IMG/VR virus record: IMGVR_UViG_3300016667_000262
Location: 1 to 29,133 of that record
DNA length: 29,133 bases
Direction: 5' to 3' (one strand)
Origin: a virus
Lineage: Duplodnaviria > Caudoviricetes
In this document: one piece after another, positions 19,246 to 26,528 of the stretch
Position numbering within the stretch: position 1 is the first letter of the stretch
Layout: every line of letters begins with the position of its first letter
Notes under the pieces: generated by a model
The model's database searches: none
Seen by the model: the letters and a program-made list of their open reading frames with translations, nothing else
What the model was told of the DNA's origin: nothing
Position numbers and translations under genes: made by a program

Positions 19246-21240
19246 TTATCGGTATTCATGACCAAAAGTAATTCCAGTGGGTATATAGCTATTGTTTGTG
19301 TTAGTATATCTGTTAAAAAAAGACCTAAATTTGTCTTCCTCTTCTTCCTCTTCTTCAACAACTAGCTTAATTCTATCCTCTTTAAGGATTAAAAGCATAC
19401 CTAAACTACTAACTCTATCAAAGTTACCACTTTCATTCCAATAAACTATCTCTTTTAGCAAGGGAATACTAGGAATTGTGTGTGTATTTGTAAGTCCTGG
19501 CTCTTTATTGTAGGCTTGATCAAGCATATAGCTCCTAATTAGCTGTCTTGCGTACTTATTTACCTCTTTAGAAGCATTAGTACCCTTACTAGTGTTACCA
19601 GAATCCCTTATAATAGTGATAATTTGTTGATCTTTAAGGATTTTAGGGGTACTACATAGCAAATGTAGGCAATTTCTTTGCTCAAAGTAGGCAAATAGAC
19701 CCTTTTTATTGTTCTCATAGTTAGCTACAGCGTTATAATACACTAATAACTTCCTACAAATCTCAAAAAACTCCTTAGCAGTCTGTGGTCTACCTGTATA
19801 TTCAGCTACTATTCTACTTGTTAGGGAGTGCATAACTAGTATACTACCTAATGAATCAGTACTAGACTGGTCATCATCATAAGGGTCAATACCAGCAATA
19901 TACATACCAAAGGCAGGTTTATCAGTATAGGGTTGTTCAAAGATTTGAACACAACCTTCTCTATCATCATCAGCTTGTAAAGGGAACTTTGCAATAGGTA
20001 ACTTATCAGTTAATCTAAATTCTACACCAGTTTCAGTTTGTTTTAGATCAGCTGACCAATAAGAGTCAGTAATTATCTTGTTAGACTCTAATTCAGCTAG
20101 TCTATCTTGAGCTAACTCAGTAGGAAATATGTTATTACCTCTAACTAAGAATGCTTCCATTGTAGTAAGAGGATACTGGGTAATACTATCTCTATAGGCT
20201 TTCATATCACCTTTCTTACTCTCTCTATTCTTTAGTACAGATAAGGTAGCTAACTCTTGATTAGAGTTACCATCTTCATCTATCATAGGAGTTAACTTAT
20301 TGTTGTTATTAGGATCAGGGAAATTACCAAACCTTTGTCTACTAGCAGGTAAGAACCAACCACATTTAGTACCAGTCTTTTCTTTATCCCAAATATTATC
20401 AAAAGATAACAGATTAAACTTTTCAGGATTATAAAACATCTCAGAGAACTGTAAAGAGCCTTTATCCATATCACCAGCTGTACCATATAAGATAGGTAAT
20501 CCAATCATATCATCACCATCTTTCCAAGTAGGTTCAGATATATTATAAGACTCCTTAATATTAGCAAATAGACCAGCCTCTTCAAATAAGAATATATTAG
20601 CACTTAAACCAATTGAGGAGAAAGGGTTATCTTGGAATGTTAGACGTCTAATCTCTGAGTTATAGCCTACCCATTGAGGTACACCATCAACTACTTTTTG
20701 ATGTCTAGCCATAACATGTTCCTTAGTATCAGGATTACGAGGTTTAAACCATACAGTATTCTTACCAAGAAAGTTTAATCCTTCTAAAGCCATATTCATT
20801 GTATTCTCAGAATACTTTTTTTCATAACCTCCAATAATACATTTAGCATCTCTATAGAAATTATATTCATGGACTACTACAGCAGCATTCTTATAAGAGA
20901 AACCTGTACGTCTAGGTTTAGTCATAATAACACCTTTCTTTTGTTTCCTAGCTTCTTCTAATATAAGAAAATACTCTAAGTCGACATCAGTAAATTTAGA
21001 AAATACTTTTTTCTTTCTACCAGTAACTTCATCCTTACCTAGGATTGGAAAGAAGTTTAAATAAAAATAATAAGGACCAGGTATATATAAATCACCTATT
21101 TGGTATCCTTTCATACATCTATTTACTTGTTCATCCCAAAACTCTTTATACTGATAAGTACCAGGTAAAGCCTTAGTATATATATCATGCTTTTCAAAGA
21201 ATTCTCTAGTTTCAAGAAATTGTTTAGTTCCTATTAACAT
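19246..21240 (-). CDS. terL: Terminase large subunit
   Basis: 664 aa. Walker A-like KPRRTGFS, Walker B FLFEEAG, coupling motif GTAG, nuclease AGIDPY...DSLGS and GNFDRV. Confidence 0.95.
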   Translation of the reverse strand: MLIGTKQFLETREFFEKHDIYTKALPGTYQYKEFWDEQVNRCMKGYQIGDLYIPGPYYFYLNFFPILGKDEVTGRKKKVFSKFTDVDLEYFLILEEARKQKKGVIMTKPRRTGFSYKNAAVVVHEYNFYRDAKCIIGGYEKKYSENTMNMALEGLNFLGKNTVWFKPRNPDTKEHVMARHQKVVDGVPQWVGYNSEIRRLTFQDNPFSSIGLSANIFLFEEAGLFANIKESYNISEPTWKDGDDMIGLPILYGTAGDMDKGSLQFSEMFYNPEKFNLLSFDNIWDKEKTGTKCGWFLPASRQRFGNFPDPNNNNKLTPMIDEDGNSNQELATLSVLKNRESKKGDMKAYRDSITQYPLTTMEAFLVRGNNIFPTELAQDRLAELESNKIITDSYWSADLKQTETGVEFRLTDKLPIAKFPLQADDDREGCVQIFEQPYTDKPAFGMYIAGIDPYDDDQSSTDSLGSILVMHSLTSRIVAEYTGRPQTAKEFFEICRKLLVYYNAVANYENNKKGLFAYFEQRNCLHLLCSTPKILKDQQIITIIRDSGNTSKGTNASKEVNKYARQLIRSYMLDQAYNKEPGLTNTHTIPSIPLLKEIVYWNESGNFDRVSSLGMLLILKEDRIKLVVEEEEEEEDKFRSFFNRYTNTNNSYIPTGITFGHEYR

Positions 21241-21305
21241 CCGTACTCAGGTTCAAAGTGTTTAGTTTGTTTAGCTTGCTTAGACTTACGTCTTAGCTTA
21301 CTCAT
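21234..21305 (-). CDS. Unannotated 23-aa basic micro-ORF bridging the putative terS and terL
   Basis: MSKLRRKSKQAKQTKHFEPEYGC*. Its start overlaps the upstream stop (ATGAGTAA) and its stop overlaps the terL start (ATGTTAA). Confidence 0.45.
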   Translation of the reverse strand: MSKLRRKSKQAKQTKHFEPEYGC

Positions 21306-21819
21306 TATAATCTGTATTAACTTGTATATCACCACGATTTCTAGAAGATTGTTTTTCTACCTCTTTCTCAACAGCTTGTTGTAACTTATCAAAATTACTT
21401 ACAGCAGTTGATATATTTTTATATACCTCTAACACTAGTTTAATTGATTCATCATCAACACTAGTAGTTTCTAAATAAGTTGCTATATCATCTATCTTAT
21501 TCTTAGCAGCTTGCATTAACCTTTGTAATGGAGTTTCTTGTAACTGTTTATACTTAGTTAATGCCTTAGTAACTTTATCACTTACTTTATATTCAGGATC
21601 ACCAAGCATATCTTGCTTAATAGAGTCATCCTTCTTATCCTTAGGATAGTTACTATAAGGAGAGTTATAATCTACAGTATGATAGATATAGGTAAAGGCT
21701 TTAAAAGCCTCTACCTTATCTTTTGTTTTATCTGCTTTCCATATTGCACTAAACTCTGGAATAGTTAGTACTTCTGGAGAAACAATAATATTATTATCTT
21801 TTTGTTGAAAGATCCTCAT
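21298..21819 (-). CDS. Conserved protein upstream of terL, probable terminase small subunit
   Basis: 173 aa, helical, immediately 5' of terL; function inferred from position. Confidence 0.55.
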   Translation of the reverse strand: MRIFQQKDNNIIVSPEVLTIPEFSAIWKADKTKDKVEAFKAFTYIYHTVDYNSPYSNYPKDKKDDSIKQDMLGDPEYKVSDKVTKALTKYKQLQETPLQRLMQAAKNKIDDIATYLETTSVDDESIKLVLEVYKNISTAVSNFDKLQQAVEKEVEKQSSRNRGDIQVNTDYNE

Positions 21820-21821
21820 AA

Positions 21822-22157
21822 TTAATCATTATGACCTGATTCAATAGTACCAAAGTAAGCATCATCTACAATATCCTTATCTATAACAGTATAGATAGCA
21901 GACTTATATACTTGAGCATATTCTGTTTTCTTACCATGGAAAGTAACAGTTAGAGGCATAACACTACCAGCACCTAACACATAGTCACCTACCTTAACAT
22001 TCTCTACATCAGCAGCTACGGCTACTACTTTAAACATACCTTGATACCTATTAACATCGGTATTCAATAAAATACCACTTGCAGTTTTAGTAGGCATTTC
22101 TAAAATCACTGTTCCATTTAAAGGAGTAATACCTTTCAATTCATTTTCTTGTTTCAT
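21822..22157 (-). CDS. groES: GroES/Cpn10-like co-chaperonin
   Basis: ITPLNGTVILE, mobile loop KTASGILL, KVVAV and VKVGDYVL motifs. Confidence 0.8.
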   Translation of the reverse strand: MKQENELKGITPLNGTVILEMPTKTASGILLNTDVNRYQGMFKVVAVAADVENVKVGDYVLGAGSVMPLTVTFHGKKTEYAQVYKSAIYTVIDKDIVDDAYFGTIESGHND

Positions 22158-22168
22158 TCTAATATAAT

Positions 22169-22465
22169 TTAATTATTTGTTTTGCTTTCTAACCATTTAC
22201 CTAAAGGACAACTAGAACTCATACTCCTAGTCTTAGTAGCTATTGGACAACCACAACCACCATACTCTTCTCCTTGTTTTCTTTGCTCACCTCTATAAGT
22301 AAAATCTCTTATTGCTTTACCTTTCTTTAAAGGATTACATATACCTGCATTATATAGAGTACATTCACCACAAAGAATAGCACGCATTTTAGCTTCATAT
22401 TCTACCTTCTTATTAGGGAATAAGAAATTACCCCAACCTTCTACTATCTCAGTATATTTACTCAT
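22169..22465 (-). CDS. Small Cys-rich putative metal-binding protein
   Basis: 98 aa with CGEC...C...CGC...KTRS...CPLGKW. Confidence 0.7.
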   Translation of the reverse strand: MSKYTEIVEGWGNFLFPNKKVEYEAKMRAILCGECTLYNAGICNPLKKGKAIRDFTYRGEQRKQGEEYGGCGCPIATKTRSMSSSCPLGKWLESKTNN

Positions 22466-22889
22466 TATACCACTCTTCTAATAAAGTTAGTAATTGTTCT
22501 TGTATTTCCTCACTCTTAGTCCTAACATTAATCACATTCCCATAAGTAATAATTTGTACAACATACTCTAGTTCAGTTTCTTCATCAGGTAACTCAATCT
22601 TATTAACTATACAAGATATATTAGTAACAAACTCTTTCTTACTAATCCAAGTACCTTTAGTAAAGAAATTCTCATCTCTTTTAATAGTAATACCTAGATT
22701 CTCATCATACCCATCATCAGTTACATTAACATCAATATTCATAGTTACCTTAATCTTATTACTATTTAAAGTAATAATAGTAGGGGTAACTACATTAGGT
22801 TGTTCATCTTTATAAAACTTAGGATATACAGATATAACTATCTTACCCTCTTGCTTATCTATATCAATTGTCTTATTGTTTTTCATCAT
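22458..22889 (-). CDS. Hypothetical protein
   Basis: 143 aa overlapping both neighbours in the operon. Confidence 0.65.
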   Translation of the reverse strand: MMKNNKTIDIDKQEGKIVISVYPKFYKDEQPNVVTPTIITLNSNKIKVTMNIDVNVTDDGYDENLGITIKRDENFFTKGTWISKKEFVTNISCIVNKIELPDEETELEYVVQIITYGNVINVRTKSEEIQEQLLTLLEEWYNE

Positions 22890-23136
22890 CTAATCTTTTA
22901 ACATTATTAATATGCTCACCATTCTTAACCTTATTAAGAATAGTTTTGTGAGGCATAAACTTACCTAATCCATTTATTAAGTAAATCTTCCAGTTACCAA
23001 ACTTCTTAGTATCTTCTTTCATAAACTTAAAAGGAGAATCATATATCTCCTCAATAACATATAAAGGTAAGTCTTCTTCCTCAGCTACTTCCTTAAGAAT
23101 AGATTCAATAAACTTATTACTCATCGCTATTAACAA
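22873..23136 (-). CDS. HU/IHF-like DNA-binding protein
   Basis: ILKEVAEEEDLP...VIEEIY...IYLINGLGKF resembles the HU/IHF helices and the GLGxF motif. The true start may be the second Met. Confidence 0.6.
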   Translation of the reverse strand: MLIAMSNKFIESILKEVAEEEDLPLYVIEEIYDSPFKFMKEDTKKFGNWKIYLINGLGKFMPHKTILNKVKNGEHINNVKRLDDEKQ

Positions 23137-23500
23137 TATTAAGTCTAATATCTACATTAACCTTATTATCCTTAATAGGAGGTAAATACAATATCTTAGT
23201 CTTGGTAATTAAATTCTTCTTTCTAAGACGAGATAAGATAGCTTCATGACTATTCCTACTAAAAGCACTTTGTAAGTCTTTAGCAACAGCCTCTCTAATT
23301 TGTTTTCTACTTTGTGTGTGGAATAATAGAAGATTTGCAGCGTCATCTCCTAAATGTTGATACGTATTATATATTAAAGCCATTTTACTCAAGACTTTAA
23401 TCTCAACAGGACCCAATTTATCCTTACCTAATAAAGGATTAACAAGAGTATAGTATTGCTCTATAATCTTATCACGAGTATTATTAATTTCTATTTTCAT
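23117..23500 (-). CDS. Putative winged-helix DNA-binding protein, first gene of the late block
   Basis: 127 aa, basic; SRNSHEAILSRLRKKNLI resembles a wHTH recognition helix and wing. Confidence 0.5.
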   Translation of the reverse strand: MKIEINNTRDKIIEQYYTLVNPLLGKDKLGPVEIKVLSKMALIYNTYQHLGDDAANLLLFHTQSRKQIREAVAKDLQSAFSRNSHEAILSRLRKKNLITKTKILYLPPIKDNKVNVDIRLNIVNSDE

Positions 23501-23519
23501 TTCCCTAAGTTAGAATATT

Positions 23520-23840
23520 AATACTCTTATATACTACCCAATAAGACACACTTACCCCTAGTAGTTTAATTATTCAGAATTAAGTTTTACTTCAGGTATC
23601 CGTGTTTAGCCTACACACTCAATCATGACCATTAGGGGAGTATTTCTACTACTGTTGTTTTTTACCCTAGAGTGCCATACCCTACTTTACTTAGTTCCTT
23701 GTGTACCTATTGGAGAAACCTCGTCTGCTATGTTTACCTATTATCTCAAGGTTGCGGACTACTATCCAACTTCTAAGATCCTACTTATTAGTATTCACTG
23801 GTATAATTCGTAAGCCATCACCTCACTAATTATGGTACGC
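23520..23840 (-). ncRNA. Candidate structured 5' leader / ncRNA upstream of the late operon
   Basis: No minus-strand ORF in the track. Several stems have G-U pairs valid on the minus strand (AGGGT/ACTCT, GTTTCT/AGGAAC, TCTTAG/TTGAGA), plus CCCCTA/TAGGGG. Confidence 0.4.
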
Positions 23841-23844
23841 TTAC

Positions 23845-23872
23845 AATATATATCACAAATACTAAAAGTCAA
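23845..23872 (-). promoter_or_regulatory. Candidate leftward promoter
   Basis: Minus strand TTGACT-N16-TATATT(G), just upstream of the structured leader. Confidence 0.35.
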
Positions 23873-23914
23873 GTGGTTTGTTGTTAAAGAATGTTAAGAA
23901 CTTTTATAGCTAAA

Positions 23915-24035
23915 TGTAATTTTAAAAAAAAATTTTTTTAGAAAATTTTAGAAAATTGTTTTGGGGATGTGTGAGAGTGGACCTCCTCCAAAAAGCCCAC
24001 TCACCCTAAATATTGCGGGGCAAGGTGCCCTGCCT
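23915..24035. other. Strand-switch element: A/T tracts followed by GC-rich inverted repeats
   Basis: A9T7 tract and duplicated TTTTAGAAAATT, then TTTTGGGG/CTCCAAAA, GAGTGG/CCACTC and GCGGGGCA/TGCCCTGC, between the divergent gene blocks. Confidence 0.5.
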
Positions 24036-24064
24036 AGATTATTAATAAATTAATAAATAAAATT

Positions 24065-24340
24065 ATGGCAAAATTAGCCACAACTACCGTTGCAAAACTT
24101 AAAACCTTTGCTGAAGCTGCAGGTTTTAAAGTAAGTTTAAGTGAGTACACTGATTTGGTGCAAATTAGCGACCCTGAAAATCTTCCCGAGCCTACGGCTG
24201 GGAAGAAAGAAGATAGTTACTATTTGCAAATGCCAGGCGGCTGGCGCCTGGCTGTTAAGAGTGGTGCAGACATAGACGACCTTTCAGGTCTTGTCCAAGT
24301 CTGTAAGTTTAAAGAGTTAGAGTTTTTAGTAGTGTCCTAA
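24065..24340 (+). CDS. Hypothetical protein, first gene of the rightward block
   Basis: 91 aa with an A-rich leader, followed by a terminator. Confidence 0.75.
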   Translation: MAKLATTTVAKLKTFAEAAGFKVSLSEYTDLVQISDPENLPEPTAGKKEDSYYLQMPGGWRLAVKSGADIDDLSGLVQVCKFKELEFLVVS

Positions 24341-24362
24341 CGGACATTACTAAAACTTTTTT
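24324..24362 (+). terminator. Intrinsic terminator
   Basis: TTTTAGTAGTGTCC-TAAC-GGACATTACTAAAA followed by CTTTTTT; the stop codon lies in the loop. Confidence 0.75.
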
Positions 24363-24404
24363 ATCTATCTATCTAAAAAACTAACCATCTAAACATATAG
24401 CACA

Positions 24405-24614
24405 ATGAAAACACTATCTTTCAACCAAGTCAGACTCATTCGTATGAACAGAGCTTCAGTATGTATCAATATTGATAATACATGGGATACTTATTTTATC
24501 TCTCGTAAACATTTTAACAGTTTACTTGCAGGTAACAATATCCAATATGTTATTGTTGATAAAGAACATAATGGTTCTAGATTACAATGGGTTGCTGTTC
24601 CAAGCATCTTTTAA
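24405..24614 (+). CDS. Hypothetical protein
   Basis: 69 aa with an A/C-rich leader ending CACAATG. Confidence 0.7.
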   Translation: MKTLSFNQVRLIRMNRASVCINIDNTWDTYFISRKHFNSLLAGNNIQYVIVDKEHNGSRLQWVAVPSIF

Positions 24615-24676
24615 ATAACCAACTGCTCTGAGGTTCTCACTTATGTGAGTTTAGTAAGAGCACAACACACAAAACA

Positions 24677-24889
24677 ATGGCAAACAAAGAATTACTAGAA
24701 TTAGAAAGACTTTTGACTAAATATCATATAGAAACAGAATCAGTAGCCGCTTTAGAAAAAATTAGACCATGTTTATTTATGGTTAAAGAAATATTGGCTT
24801 TAATAGGTGGTGGTTATGCTTCAAAAAATTATGATATTGATCTAGCTACGTTAGCTGATCAACAAGAAGAGTCAAAGTATCAACAATAA
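24677..24889 (+). CDS. Hypothetical protein
   Basis: 70 aa with leader ACACACAAAACAATG. Confidence 0.7.
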   Translation: MANKELLELERLLTKYHIETESVAALEKIRPCLFMVKEILALIGGGYASKNYDIDLATLADQQEESKYQQ

Positions 24890-24945
24890 CATTGCATGGT
24901 TTAAAGGACATCTCTTCGTGAGCTCTGTCCTACCATGTTTCCCAC

Positions 24946-25102
24946 ATCTCAATGCACAACTCTTTAGAAAAGTTGTAATAGTTTTCCTAGGCACAGTAAG
25001 GTTCGCAACCTTATGTCTTTTAAGTGTGACTTTCGTATAGACAAACACTTACATTCGTCAGCCTATAATGGAATTAACTATTACAACTCAGTGCAAAGAG
25101 AT
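24946..25102 (+). ncRNA. Hairpin cassette 1 (conserved closing stem, variable interior)
   Basis: ATCTC-AA-TGCAC...AGTTGTAATAGTT pairs with AACTATTACAACT..GTGCA-AA-GAGAT; internal hairpins TAAGGTT/AACCTTA and TAAGTGT/ACACTTA. Strand inferred from flanking genes. Confidence 0.6.
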
Positions 25103-25232
25103 TATTCATTAAGATTTATTCTTTGGAAGCAAAGACTATTAAGGAATCATAGTTAACATTCATATTGTCTGATGTATCAGAAATGTTCTACCTTTTTACC
25201 TATGGCTATAAACTCTAAGAATAAATCTTTTT

Positions 25233-25349
25233 ATCTCAATGCAATAAGTTGTAAGAAATACCTGGTTTACAGCCTTCGTGTACTAAGCAGATCACGATTT
25301 AAACTGTAATAATATTTGCCAGGCAGACTCACAACTATTGCAAAGAGAT
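25233..25349 (+). ncRNA. Hairpin cassette 2
   Basis: ATCTC-AA-TGCAAT-A-AGTTGT pairs with ACAACT-ATTGCA-AA-GAGAT; inner stems CCTGG/CCAGG, TTACAG/CTGTAA and TCGTG/CACGA. Confidence 0.6.
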
Positions 25350-25350
25350 T

Positions 25351-25480
25351 ATCTCAATGCACAAAATTGTAATCTTAGAAACATAGGGTATGAACCTGTG
25401 GTGAAGATCAAAGATTAGTTCTTGAGTCATACTATAAGGAACTTTTCTCTTCTGTAGATTACAATTAAGTGCAAAGAGAT
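25351..25480 (+). ncRNA. Hairpin cassette 3
   Basis: ATCTC-AA-TGCAC-AA-AATTGTAATCT pairs with AGATTACAATT-AA-GTGCA-AA-GAGAT; abuts cassette 2 with a 1-nt gap. Confidence 0.6.
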
Positions 25481-25936
25481 TATTCTAAACAATAACCTAG
25501 GTAATCCAAGGTAACTTAAAACACGTTGTTTTGAGTTTTAAAATCAAGAGGTAATATACCTCATTATGTACCCAATCTTCAATTTTTAACACTTACACTC
25601 ATAAGATTTGACCGTCTTATGGGTAAAAATGTAAGAAATTGCTGCAATTTGTAATCCGCAAGGATTACTGGGCTAAATAAGTCTTGGTCAACAAATAGAT
25701 AATTATTTGTTAGATTTATGATGCCTATTGCAGCAAGTTAAGTAGAACTGTAAAATCTGCTACTGTTTAAGTCTGTTCAGTTACCACAGATTAGTTGATT
25801 GATAGTGATTATCCACTTGATATTAGCGTAAAAAACTCAATAACTTTCCAAGATGTTGAGGACACCAGTTTCTATAATACTTCAAGTATCCACGCAAAAG
25901 GAGAAAGAGTAATGAGAGAAGATTATAGTTTTAGGT

Positions 25937-26498
25937 GTAAAACACAAATTAGGTTTGCTCAATAAAAATTAATTAAACTATTTAAACGATAAAGACAGTA
26001 TATTAATTTTCCTAATTAGTTGAAAAACAGTTATTCTGATGTTCCTATTGTTGTAGGTTTAGTAAGAATAGTTTGTAATCGTTAGCGTATTTATACGAAA
26101 GGTAGCTCCTTTAATTACAAACAACAGTGTGTCCTAAGTACTTAGGTAATTAAAACTTCTCAATATTGAGAAAGAGAGTAGATTTTATTAGGAAGAAAGA
26201 AGTAATTAATCTTTCGTTTTGTATCTCTCACACACTGTTTTTTAAAAAGAATTAAGTAAAACACAAAAAGAAGAATAGAGTAACTCTGAAGCTATCCAAT
26301 TAGTAAGAGGTATGGTAAATCTTCTATCAAAGGAAATATTGCATGAAAGCCTTTGATATATTAAAAAATCAGTAGTTGATGCAACAACTAGATTGGATAT
26401 AATTCAGGAGTTACCGAGCCTGAATTTACTAATGCAGCCAAGTATTTATACTTGAGAGTCCAAAGCCTCTATAAATTTGCAGATGGGTAAAACACAAA
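25937..26498 (+). repeat. Three dispersed exact copies of GTAAAACACAAA
   Basis: Copies at 25937-25948, 26256-26267 and 26487-26498. Confidence 0.8.
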
Positions 26499-26528
26499 CA
26501 ATTAACTAACAATCAAATAAAAAACACA

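Noticed and set aside
17090-19356. Poly-Gln tract in the portal and poly-Glu tract at the TerL C-terminus
   Set aside because: Ordinary low-complexity coiled-coil or tail segments with no sign of a separate element.
20292-20504. 70-aa minus-strand ORF nested in terL
   Set aside because: Out-of-frame ORF inside the conserved ATPase region with no independent support.
10915-21240. Introns, inteins or stop-codon reassignment, which occur in some crAss-like phages
   Set aside because: terL, portal and MCP are uninterrupted, of normal length in the standard code, and TAG and TGA act as real stops elsewhere in the window.
23625-23813. 62-aa plus-strand ORF in the divergent region
   Set aside because: Lies left of the apparent strand switch, overlaps a tract better explained as a minus-strand structured leader, and has no recognisable protein features. 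Not fully excluded.
24946-25480. CRISPR array interpretation of the repeats
   Set aside because: The repeats are two alternating complementary 11-mers with long, variable, structured interiors rather than a 25-45 nt direct repeat with uniform spacers, and there are no cas genes in the window.
24890-26528. Known self-cleaving ribozymes (hammerhead, HDV-like/theta) or a group I intron
   Set aside because: By eye I found no complete catalytic core. CTGATG at ~25169 lacks the hammerhead CUGANGA...GAAA arrangement, and CTC-TTCGT-GAG at ~24912 is nested rather than pseudoknotted. A covariance-model search is still needed.
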